64,000 bases of DNA from Mytilus edulis (taxonomy: Eukaryota): contig NC_092351.1 in the NCBI RefSeq assembly GCF_963676685.1, positions 89,838,001 to 89,902,000 on the forward strand, written 5' to 3'. Numbering within the stretch: the stretch's first letter is position 1; every line of letters begins with the position of its first letter. Both the position numbers and the translations under genes were made by a program. The notes under the pieces are model-generated. The model was not told the origin of the DNA and did no database searches. It worked only from the letters and a program-made list of their open reading frames with translations. Shown here one piece after another: positions 37,905-49,620 of the stretch.

Positions 37905-40900
37905 TCCTTGTCACATAGATCAACCTGAGGATTATTGCCATGGACAGAGGACTACAACCATCATTGTCACATAGATCAACACAAGAATTCTTCTCTGACA
38001 GTAACTTTACTATATCAGTATGTCCTTCATAACTTGCCATCAACAGAGGACTACAACCGTTCTTGTCACATTGACCAACATTAGGATTCTTCCTTAACAG
38101 TAACTTTACTATTTAAGTATGTCCATCCTGACTAGCCATGTTTAAATGACTACAATCATCATTGTCACATAGATCAACATGAGGATTCTTCAATAACAGT
38201 AACTTTACTATTTCAGTATGTCCTTCCAAACTTACCATCAACAGAGGACTACAACCATTCTTGTCTCATTGATCAACATTAGGATTCTTCTCAAACAGTA
38301 ACTTTACTATATCAGTATTTCCTTCCTGACTTGCCATGTACAGAGGACTACAACCATCATTGATCAGCACCTTCTCTAACAGTAACTTTCCTATATCAGT
38401 TTGTGCTTTATAACTTGTCCAGAACAGAGGACTACAACCATCCTTGTTACATAGATCAACATTAGGATTCTTCTCTAACAGTAACTTTACAATATTAGTT
38501 TGTCCTTTATAACTTGCCCAGAACAGAGGACTACAACCATCCTCGTCACATAGATCAACATTAAGATTCTTCTCTAACAGTAACTTTCCTATATCAGTTT
38601 GTGCTTTATAACTTGTCCAGAACAGAGGACTACAACCATCCTTGTTACATAGATCAACATTAGGATTCTTCTCTAACAGTAACTTTACTATATTAGTTTG
38701 TCCTTTATAACTTGCCCAGAACAGAGGACTACAACCATCCTCGTCACATAGATCAACATTAAGATTCTTCTCTAACAGTAACTTTACGATATCAGTATGT
38801 CCTTGATGATTTGCATGGTACAGACGACTACATCCATCCTTGTCACATAGATCAACATTAGGATTCTTCTCTAACAGTAACTTTACAATATCAGTATGTC
38901 CTTCCTGTCTTGCCATGTACAGAGGACTCCAACCGTACTCGTCGCATAGATCAACATTGGGATTCTTCTCTAACAGTAACTTCACAATATCAGTATTTCT
39001 TTTATAACTTGTCCGGTACAGAGAACTTCAGCCATCCTTGTCACATAGATCATATCTTTACTATGTCAGTATGTCCTTCCAGACTTGCCATGTACAGAAA
39101 ACTCAAACCTTTATTGCAACATAGATCATTATTAGGATTCCTCTCTAACAGTAACTTTACCATATCAGTATGTCCTTGATCACTTGCATAGTACAGAGCA
39201 CTACAACCATCCTTGTCACATAGATCAACATTAGGATTCCTCTCTGACAGGAACTTTACTATGTCAGTATGTCCTTCCAGACTTGCCATGTACAGAGAAC
39301 TCAAACCATTATTGCAACATAGATCATTATTAGGATTCCTCTCTAACAGTAACTTTACCATATCAGTATGTCCTTGATCACTTGCATAGTACAGAGCACT
39401 ACAACCATCCTTGTCACATAGATCAACATTAGGATTCCTCTCTGACAGGAACTTTACTATGTCAGTATGTCCTTCCAGACTTGCCATGTACAGAGAACTC
39501 AAACCATTATTGCAACATAGATCATTATTAGGATTCCTCTCTAACAGTAACTTTACTATATCTGTATGTCCATTCTGACTAGCCATCAACAGAGGACTAC
39601 AGCCATCATTGTCACATAGAACAACATTAAGATTATTCTCTAACAGTAACTTTACAATATCAGACTGTATGTCCTTCCTGACTTGCCATGTACAGAGGAC
39701 TACAATTGTCACATAGATCAACATTGGGATTCTTCTCTAACAGTTACTCTACTATCTCAGTTTGTCCTTTAGAACTTGCCATCGACAGAGAACTACAGCC
39801 ATCCTTGTCACATTGATCAACCTTAGGATCCTTCTCTTACAGTAACTTAACAATATCAGTATGTCCTTGATCACTTGCATGGTTAAGAGGACTCCAGCCA
39901 TCCTTGTCACATAGATCAACATTAGGATTTTTCTCTAACAGTAACTTAACAATATCAGTATGGCCGATACAACTTGTCATTAACAGAGGACTCCATCCAT
40001 CATTGTCACATAGATCAACCTTAGGATTCCTCTCTAACAGTAACTTTACAATATCAGTATTTCCTTCCACACTTGCCATGTACAGAAGACTACAACCATC
40101 CTTGTCACATAGATCAACATCAGGATTCCTCTCTAACAGTAACTTTACTATATCAGTATGTCCTTGATCACTTGCATAGTACAGAGCACTACAACCATCC
40201 TTGTCACATAGATCAACATTAGGATTCCTCTTTAACAGTAGCTTAACAATATCAGTACGGCCGATACAACTTGCCCTTAACAGAGGACTCCATCCATCAT
40301 TGTCATATAGGTCAACCTTAGGATCCTTCTCTAACAGTAACTTTACTGTATCAGTATGTCCATAACAACTTGCCATAAACAGAGGACTCTGTCCATCATT
40401 GTCACATAGATCAACATCAGGATTCCTCTCTAACAGTAACTTTACAATATCAGTATTTCCTTCCTCACTTGCCATGTACAGAAGACTACAACCATCATTG
40501 TCACATAGATCAACATCAGGATTCCTCTCTAACAGTAACTTTACTATATCAGTATGTCTTTGATCACTTGCATAGTACAGAGCACTACAACCATCCTTGT
40601 CACATAGATCAACATTAGGATTCCTCTCTAACAGGAACTTTACTATTTCAGTATGTCCTTCTAAACTTGCCATCAACAGAGGACTACAACCATCATTTTT
40701 ATATAGATCAACCTTAGGATCCTTCTCTAACAGTAACTTTACTGATCAGTATGTCCATAACAACTTGCCATAAACAGAGGACTCTGTCCATCATTGTCAC
40801 ATAGATCAACATTAGGATTCTTCTCTAACAGTAACTTTACTGTATCAGTATGTCCATAACAACTTGCCATAAACAGAGGACTCCGTCCATCATTGTCACA

Positions 40901-42060
40901 TAGATCAACATTAGGATTCTTCTCTAACAGTAACTTTACTGTATCAGTATGTCCTTCATAACTTATGGAACAGAACAGAGGACTATAACCATTATTGTCA
41001 CATAGATCCACATCCGCATTTTTATGTAACAACCACTGAACCATATCAGTATAACCATTACAACAAGTCTCTACCAGTGGAGTGGAACCTAATCCATAGT
41101 GCTCCTTTGGTGTCACTGTATCCTTGATGTTAGCTAATGTTTCTTGTTGTGATTTGTCCAGTTGCTTTAAGTGATGTAATAACTGTTCTCTGAATGATGA
41201 TACTTTCATGTTATTGTTATTGAATACGACTGTCACCTTGCCTGCTGACCAGTCCTTTATAAATCTTTTTAAATATGATTGGAAAAAATCTTTTGGTATT
41301 TCAATAATGAAGTCTATGTTACTGTTCTTGTCATCTGGTGATTTCTGATAAATAAAACGTTCATGTACTAAATCACTGTCACCATGATCTATCAAACATT
41401 CAATCATTTTTTGACCAAAGTAATGAACAAGAAAGTCAAACAATTTATCATGTAGAGCTCTATAAGTGCCGTTCTTGATATATATAAATGTACCATCTAA
41501 AGTGTCAAGTTCCTTCTTCAGTTTTGCCTTTGATGTACTTCTGTTGATATCACAAGCATTACATGTGTCTTCTATGACATTTCGTTGTTCATCTGAAACT
41601 TTACCCTGGAACCATGTTTCTTTCATTTCATTATTAAAGAGAACTAATAAAGCAAGACTACATATTTTATACTTGCCTTCGTCATTTCGCATACTTAAAT
41701 TGTCTAGTTCATTTTTATAGAAATTAAACGGATTATTGAAAAATTCTTTAACATCTCCATTTTCTACCCCAGGATATAAAGAGCATAAAAGTGGAAAGAA
41801 TTCATTCTTTTGTGATAATTCATCAATATTGTCAACGTGTGTACCAATATAGGTTTTTGCTATAATATTTTTTTCTTCAGATGTAAGACATATCTTATCT
41901 GATATTAAGTTACATTCACAGGATTTAAATGGTGATAATATTTTAAACTTTTCATCTTTATAGACTTGTAATCTACAAGATACAATAATCTTACAACATT
42001 TGTCTGCAATAGTTGTGTCAATCACTGGTAACATTTGCCTCCAGTTATCAATCTGCTGTT
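37905..42060 (-). pseudogene. nSTAND3-type NTPase (C-terminal part), helical domain and ~32 ankyrin repeats; NLR-like, 5'-truncated and frameshifted
   Basis: ORF 40739-42034 has KIIVSCRLQVY, FFPLLCSLY, LHDKLFDFL, then 33-aa ANK repeats (DxxGxSPLxxASxxGHTDIVKLLLEKNPNVDLC) continuing through ORFs 39837, 39050 and 38266 with several frameshifts. No Walker A/B seen upstream of 42060. Confidence 0.85.
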
Positions 42061-42719
42061 ACAAATTTACTTTAAACGAAAAACTAGCTTCTCTATAACT
42101 TTACCAAAAAAACCGGTTTATTTGTTTAAGAATCATATGTGTAATCTATCCTATCTCTTAAACAACACGTACCTCATAAAAGATAACACACAAAAATAAC
42201 CTTTCATTCTGATAAAAAAAAATGTGTATAATATTCATAATTTTTGAATTGACCTATAATACCTTTAAAACACTCAATAAAAAGTTTTATTTGAACCACA
42301 TCTCGTGAACAAACTTCAGATTTTCAGCCTTTTAAAAATACGGCCTCACTTCCTTTAAAATCAAAAACCTTACTTAATATGTGTGCCATCCCTTGAAAAG
42401 CCAATTCTACTTGTTGCACTGACATAGAAATATCTTGATTTTCCATTAAGAAAAATGAAAGTAACTGAGTTCTTACCTTTTATATTCCTTCGCGTTATTT
42501 TAGACAATCCAAGTCGATCGTGGTCAAACGGCATCAAATTTTGACTTATGTGACGAAGTCAATATGATTAAATATATTTTATTAAGTAATTACAAAGTCA
42601 AGAAAGATTCTAAAGTTCAAATGTTCGAATGTTCACAAACTGTCTTTAAAGTTGAATTGTTCGAATTTTCAATATCTCACACGGGCACGTGATCGTATAG
42701 TATAACTGTTCGTTCCTGT

Positions 42720-45700
42720 TAGAGTATTACGGATATTAAGCGCAAGAGTTCCAGCCTACCCACGAGGGGGGAGACCTTGGCGGAATCTCCGGTACCAATC
42801 TGTCCTTATCGAATTCTCGTCTAATCGAATTCTCCTTGTAGTCCATTGAGGGATCTTATATAGTCCAGTGGTCCATACAAATGTCTATAGCTGTAGGCCG
42901 GTTACATAGTCGTCTGTTTATGGAGTAATAGTAATATGTGGTTAATTGTCAAACCATGCAATTAACCCCTGAAGGATACATGTTATTTCACAGTAGACAT
43001 GGTCATTTATTGGCTGCAGGTTATATAAATTTCTTTTCGTTATAAGGCTTAACGAATACTGTATGCGTAGTAATTTGCACGGGTGGATTCACCCGTGCAT
43101 ACCTTAGCGGGAATTAAATCATTCGACGGTTTGCATTCAATCAGTCTACACGTTTATTTTAATTGCTGTTAAGGTCTGTTTGACTTTTTTCTCCTTCATG
43201 TCTGACGAGGAAATCCTAAGTTCTCCTGAATGTACATCTTCAAGAAGTCATCATAGGTGTGAAGTTGCAATCCTACAAGCAACCCTACAGCTGATGCTTT
43301 CTCGTTGTTTTCCACAGGACATTGGTCGTCTTACTGTCCAGAAAAAGCCAACAAGTCTAATAACATCAACAGTTCCAAATGAGGTATTATCTTTGATTGA
43401 CTTTAATTTATGCTTAGACACGTATGAGAATGAGTTAGTACAAGTTTATAATGTAAAAGGTCTATTATACAATAGCTTACAAATTTTGAAAATAAAACTT
43501 TTATTGGCCGATTTAAAAAAAAAAAAAAAAAAAAAAATAGTTTTACCTATACTTGAATCTGGCTATTTTTTGAAAATTACCGATGCACCTACTTCTGTAT
43601 TTTTGAATAACAAAACATCTGCTTTTGAACATAAAGATTTCGTTAAACGTGCAATTGCAGATTTGGTATGCACGGGAGTTAGCACTCCCCCTTTTGTTGT
43701 TAATCCTTTATCGGTGTAGGTCAACTCGATTGGTTGATTGTTGACCTCAGACACGTACATCAATACGAAATGTTATTAAAATTTAAATACGAGGTTGTAA
43801 AAGAGGCCAAAATGTATGCAGCAAATAAACATTTTGCATTTAGTTTGATTTAAGACATCATCGGGGTACTATCATATAGATATGCATGTTAAATCACAAA
43901 AGTTCTTGGGTTTTGATAGAAAAGCGACACTAAAGTTAAATATAACACATTAGTTTTATCTTTTGTGCTGAGCTCAGCTCGTTACATTTTCACTAAAATG
44001 GTATGCCCTCTAGTAAAAATGTTGGCAAAGTAAAGGATTCAAAATAATTGTATATCTAGATTATGGACTTGGATTTGAACATACTGAAAAATTATGTTTA
44101 AAAGTTTCAAAAGAAGTATTGTCTGATTTATTGTCAGCTGGGTTTTTGCCAAATTATGGGAAATTTTTTTTAGACTGGCTTGATTTTGTATGGCATTTAC
44201 ATAGGGGTACTTCGAGTTTACCCGAACAGAAAATGTTTGAATATTTTGATATTTTTTTTGTTGCTTTATCACTTATAAATCCTTCTAATACGACTGCAAG
44301 GAAAGTTGCAGCGGATATTGGTAAAAATCATTGCATTATCACCCTTATCATTGTCTTGTATTGAAACTTGATGCTAAAATGAATGAATGAAATTTGAGTA
44401 AAAATTTCTTTATGCGGACCTTGACGCTTTTTGTTTTCTGATATTGTATGTAGATTGTACAGTGTACATGTGTTTAATATGCGGACCTGGTCGCTTGTAT
44501 CACGGACCTGGCCGTGTTTTTCTGTCCTTGAAGGCTAGGATATTGCATATCTTTCCATGTCTTGTATTGAAACTTGATGCTAAAATGAATGAATGAATTT
44601 TGAATAAAAATTCTTTATGCGGACCTTGCCGCTTTTTGTTTTTTGATATTGTAACTATAGATTGTACAGTGTACATGTGTTTAATATGCGGACCTGGCCG
44701 CTTGTAACACGGACCTGGCCGTGATTTTCTGTCCCTCAACGATAGGATATTGCATATCTTTCCATGTCTTTTGTAGATCTCTGTGAGATAAGGAATGGAA
44801 AGATATCTACAAACTCTTGCGCAAACGTGGGTTACTTAATACAGCTTTTGCAGTTATGGATGTAACTAAAAAGAGTAAATCATATTCCACAAACAAGATA
44901 TACGATTTATATTTTAATAAATTCAAAAAAATATTTGGTGCAGGAAGTACAATTTTAAGTTTTTGACAGTGAAAAAATATATCTACGGTGTCCTTGTATC
45001 TCACAGAATTAATACAGTCAGCTTGTTCAGTGTCCATACTTAATTCTAACTTTTACGCAATTAAGTGGTATCACGAACTGTGTTTATATCCAAACCGTGG
45101 TTACATTGTCTTAGAAAGAGAAAAGAATTTTGGCGAAACCTTTACAAAAGAAAGAACCAATCACAGCGGATATGATTGCTAAACTATTTAACCTGTATGT
45201 GATAATTGGCTTATGCTTAATTTTTTAGATACAAAGAACTCTCGCTTATAGGAACGAGTGATATCAGTTTTTTAAAACACACGTTGAAATTATAGACCGA
45301 TATTTAAAGACAAGGTAGTATAGTTATGGTAGCAAGTACGGATATACCGACTTCATTATCCTGTTAATTTTTTAAAACATTATTGTGACTTAGCAAGTCT
45401 TAAGATTGATTCTTCGGAGTACAATTTTGTTCTTTGCAGTCCCAAAAAAAAAAAAAAAAAAAAGATACCTTAGTATTGAGTAATATAAATAAGCCTTTAT
45501 CTTATACTAGAGCCAGAGAAGCTTTAAGCGCAATAGGGTTAGACTAATAAAAATTTGGTTTGCATAGTTTACGAAACGGAGGCGCTACTCAAGCCGCAAG
45601 CAACGGTGTTTCAGATACGCTTTTCAAAGTTTATTATATACAGTCTTTCGCCTTTTGTCTCGACTGGATGCTGCAAACCTACATCCCATAGTATATTTGT

Positions 45701-45830
45701 GTTTTGTGTTATTAAGCCTTGTATATAAAAAAAATGCTTAATGTTCGGTTGAACCCGTGAAAAAGAACATAAATGTCTATAATATTCGTACAGATCGTTA
45801 TTAAGTGTCCAAAGAGTACATTTCATTGAA
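42720..45830 (+). mobile_element. Heavily decayed DIRS-type tyrosine-recombinase retrotransposon (boundaries approximate)
   Basis: RT relics PFVVNPLSV, LIVDLRHV, SGYYHIDM, YIFTKMV. YR motif KPLSYTRARE...FGLHSLRNGGATQAA, with HSLRNGGAT at 45563-45589. Confidence 0.85.
44352..44770. repeat. 206-bp tandem duplication inserted in the DIRS relic
   Basis: tgtcttgtattgaaacttgatgctaaaatgaatg starts at 44352 and 44558. Confidence 0.9.
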
Positions 45831-45924
45831 TGTTCGGTTATGCTGTAATTAATTCCTTTTCAATGAATTTCCTAATTAATACTCCAGTAATAATAATAAT
45901 AATTAATGATATGAAACACAAATT

Positions 45925-46312
45925 GTGTTACACATGTGGTATCTACAAAGTATACACTTGCATAAAACCAGACGACAAATTTGTTATAACACATGTGGTA
46001 TCTACAAAGCATACACTTAAACAAAACCATACGAGAAATTTTATATAACTCACATGTGGTATCTATAAAGTATACACTTAAACAAACCCAGACTAGAAAT
46101 TTGATATTACACATGTGCACTCTAAATTAATAAACTCCAACAAAAGTATATAAGAAATCTAACATTGCACATGTTGTATCTACAAAGTATATACTTAAAC
46201 AAATCTTTATGAAAAATATGACATAACACATGTGGAATCTACAAAGTATACACTTAAACAAAACCACACAAGAAGTCTGACATAACACATGTTGTTTCTA
46301 CAAATCATACAC
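45925..46312. repeat. ~59-bp minisatellite
   Basis: cacatgtg starts at 45931, 45990, 46051, 46110 and onward. Confidence 0.9.
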
Positions 46313-47362
46313 TTAAGGCGAAGTGTACGTAATTGCACGCCTCTAGCGGAATACGGGATTAAAAACGTTCGTCGTTAGTTACGCAGGTTATCTCCCTTAC
46401 TCCAAGAAAGGATATACAAAAGAGAAACTACTTTTTGCGGTCTATGATCATGAATCCAACAAGCACACTTGTCTTAAAACCTAATAGAAATTATCTGAAT
46501 TACTCCAATTAAAATCCAAAGCATTCTGTACGTTGTTCTGTGTACAGGCTGACTTTAAAACACTGATTTTTTTAGACGCGTAGGAGAAGGCATTTCGTGT
46601 TTATGATATCAACAGATAGAAAAAAACACCTCACAACAAAATTATAAACAAATAAACAAATAAACATGTAACAATTTTACTTCTATTGATATCAAATTAC
46701 TTAAAATGAAACCTGAAATGACCCAAAAATATCGTTTTAAAAAGCCGTAGTCTTGAACGAAAAACACAGTATTCAACGTAAAGTTTTAAAAAAAGGTTAA
46801 AAATTAATGAAAGACGTGTGAATTTAATTGTTGAATAAAAAAGACGTTGACATGTTCGTATTTTGTGCAATTGAAAATTTTAGGACATGATTTATATTCA
46901 TATAAGAAATGAGACGACACCAAGAGAATTATTTGACCACTAGTGCAACACTTACAAGTCGGAAGAACAAAGATGGAAAAGACAAAACATAAACAAATCA
47001 GGCCAAAAATATTACTCAGTAACTTAAAAGTTGTCTCACTCTAACATTTATCTTAGAATATGTCATTTCAACTCCCAGTTTTCAAGTTTTTCTACCAGGT
47101 GCAGAAAATAAACAGGTGTCTTCTATTCCGTCCGCAATTTATGGGAAAACTAAATCTAAATTTAGAACCAAATTGAAATTGAAAGTACACATGTAAGATA
47201 CAATATTACATGTCATTTCTTCTTTATCTAATTCCACTTTCGAAGATATATATAGCGAAATCTGTTTTCTTTTACTGCGCCTGTGTGCATCATTCACAAT
47301 TAGGGATTGCAATTTTAAAGTAACAAGTCTCAAGGTTATGAATGAATGGAGTATAGTATTAC

Positions 47363-47570
47363 GAGGGGGGAGGGGGATAGGACCTTTATCGGGACTCCGG
47401 GATCGGGGTTTTAAGCTCCGGATTTCGGGATTGACCCTTTCGGGATCCAGGAATTCTATTTCCGAATTTCGGGATGTCGGGATTTAAATTTATTTAAATT
47501 GGTGACCTCGGGATTACGTGTTTTTAAGCCCGAGATTTCGGGATCTGGACCCCTCCTTCCCGCCTCTCTC
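47363..47570. mobile_element. 208-bp GC-rich MITE with 6-bp TSD
   Basis: tattac at 47357-47362 and 47571-47576; GAG...CTC ends; internal ttcgggat repeats. Confidence 0.75.
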
Positions 47571-47884
47571 TATTACAGTTTAAGAAAATAGGTCTGGAAA
47601 GTTTTGTGACACTTGTAACTGCAATTTAATATTTAGTGGAATAAGAGGTGAAATGTGTTCAGACTATTACATTTCGATTGCATTTTAAAGATTTTTATTT
47701 TAAAATTTAACCAAAGTTAACTGCAACGGATTTTTAACGACCTCGATGATTATCCATGAGAATCTCGCACTCGTTAGCTCTATGCTTTCACCTAGTTCAT
47801 GATCATACAAGAATTGAGATGCCTGTGGTTTACTAGTCTTATTATATAAGACTTTGGAGTTCATATCATTTACATTCAACGAAA

Positions 47885-48212
47885 TTGTAACACATGTGGT
47901 CAGCTACAAAGCATACACGTAAACAAAACTCTACGAAAAATCTGACATAACACATGTGGTATCTACAAAGCATACACTTGCACAAAACCATAGAAAAATC
48001 TGACATATCTTACACATGTAAAATCTAAAAGTATATACTTCCACAACACCATAGAAGAAATCTGACATAACATGACACAACTCACATCTACAACATGTAC
48101 AAAGTATACATCTAAACAAAAATATGTAACAAATCTGATTTGAAATATGTGACATCTACAAAATATACACTTTAACAAAATCATATAGGAAATCTGACAT
48201 CACACATGTAAT
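47885..48212. repeat. ~59-bp minisatellite, continuation of 45925-46312 after a ~1.57-kb insertion
   Basis: Same acacatgtggtatctacaaag unit. Confidence 0.85.
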
Positions 48213-48371
48213 TTGGAAGAACCAACTTCTTCCTTAAAAGCATAACCGACTGACTTCTTGCAGATTAAATCTCTTAAATTTGATGAAGACTTTTCTACAA
48301 TCATGACGGTCTTTATAATATCTAGTTGATGGTTATCTGCTATAAAAAAATTCCTAAGTAAACATCTATCT

Positions 48372-48417
48372 GAGCGTCAATGATAAGTCTTATGTAGACG
48401 AAACGCGCGTCTGGCGT
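48372..48417 (+). ncRNA. Degenerate hammerhead ribozyme copy (retrozyme fragment)
   Basis: gagcgtca-atgataa-gtcttatgtagac-gaaa-cgcgcg-tc-tggcgt. The CUGAUGA core is mutated, so it is probably inactive. Confidence 0.7.
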
Positions 48418-48439
48418 ACAATCCTGGTACCTTTGATCA

Positions 48440-49620
48440 CTAAAACCTTCAGCTTTGTTGTCTAACAGTAACTTTGTTATCTTTTTGGTTCCATGCAGGG
48501 CACTTAGCTTTTAAGTACTACCACCTTCATCGATCTAGGCATCAATGTCTGTGTTATGTTTAATTAACAGCTGTTGTATTCTAGTGTTTTTTCTGTTACA
48601 TGAAAGGATCAGTGGTGTATGGCAATAATAATTTGTAGCCGTCGGCTGTTTTCTGTTCTTTGATCGGCTTGTTGTCTGTTTGACACATTTCCCATTTTCA
48701 TTCTCAATTTTATCACATACATCAGCATTATGATCCGTCTCTAATAGAAACTTTATCAGTATTTCCTTCATGATTTGTACAGAGGACTTCAGTCATTATT
48801 GTCACAAAGATCCACATTAGGATTCTTCTCTAGCAGTAACTTTAATATGTCAGTATGTCCTTGATAACTTGCCAAGTGTAAAGGACTAAAACCATCCTTG
48901 TCACATAGATCAACATTAGGATTCTTCTCTAAAAGTAGCTTTACTATGTGAGTATGTTCTTCCTGACTTGCACAGTACAGAGGACTCCAGCCATAATTGC
49001 CATATAGATTAACCTTAGGATAGTCCTCCAACAGTTATTTTGCTATATCAGTATGTCCTAGATAACCTCCCCGATATAGAGGACTATAGCCATCATTGTC
49101 ACATAAATCAACATAAGGATTCTTCTCTAACAGTAACTTTACTATGTCAGTATGTCCTTCATAACTTGCCAAGTGCATATGACTAAAACCATCATTGCTA
49201 CATAGATAAACATTAGGATTATTCTCTAACAGTAGCTTTACTATGTCAGTATGTCCTAGATAACTTGCCCGGTATAGAGGACTACAACCATCCTGGTCAC
49301 ATAGATCAACATTAGGATTCTTCTCTAACAGAAGCTTTACTATGTCAGTATGTCCTTCCTGACTTGCACAGTACAGAGGACTCCGGCCATAATTGTCACG
49401 AAGATCAACATTCGGATTCTTCTCCAACTGTAGCTTTACTATATCAGTATGTCCTTGATAACTTGCCAATTGCAGAGGACTTACACCATAAATGCTACAT
49501 AGATCAACATTAGGATTCTTCTCTTACAGTAACTTTACTAAATCAGTATATCCTTCCTGACTTGCGATATACAGAGAACTCCTGCCGTTATTGTCAAATA
49601 GATCAACCAAAGGATTCTTC
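48440..49620 (-). pseudogene. 3' end of a second ankyrin-repeat gene paralog
   Basis: ORFs 49035-49469, 48789-49031 and 48535-48771 carry ANK repeats and divergent terminal repeats. Stops and a SINE-like insertion at ~48630-48711 disrupt it. Confidence 0.85.

Noticed and set aside
46312-47884. TTAA-preceded insertion (ggcgaagtgtacg...) splitting the 59-bp minisatellite
   Set aside because: Probably a truncated Kolobok-like element, but no right TIR or second TTAA is visible, so it is not called as a feature.
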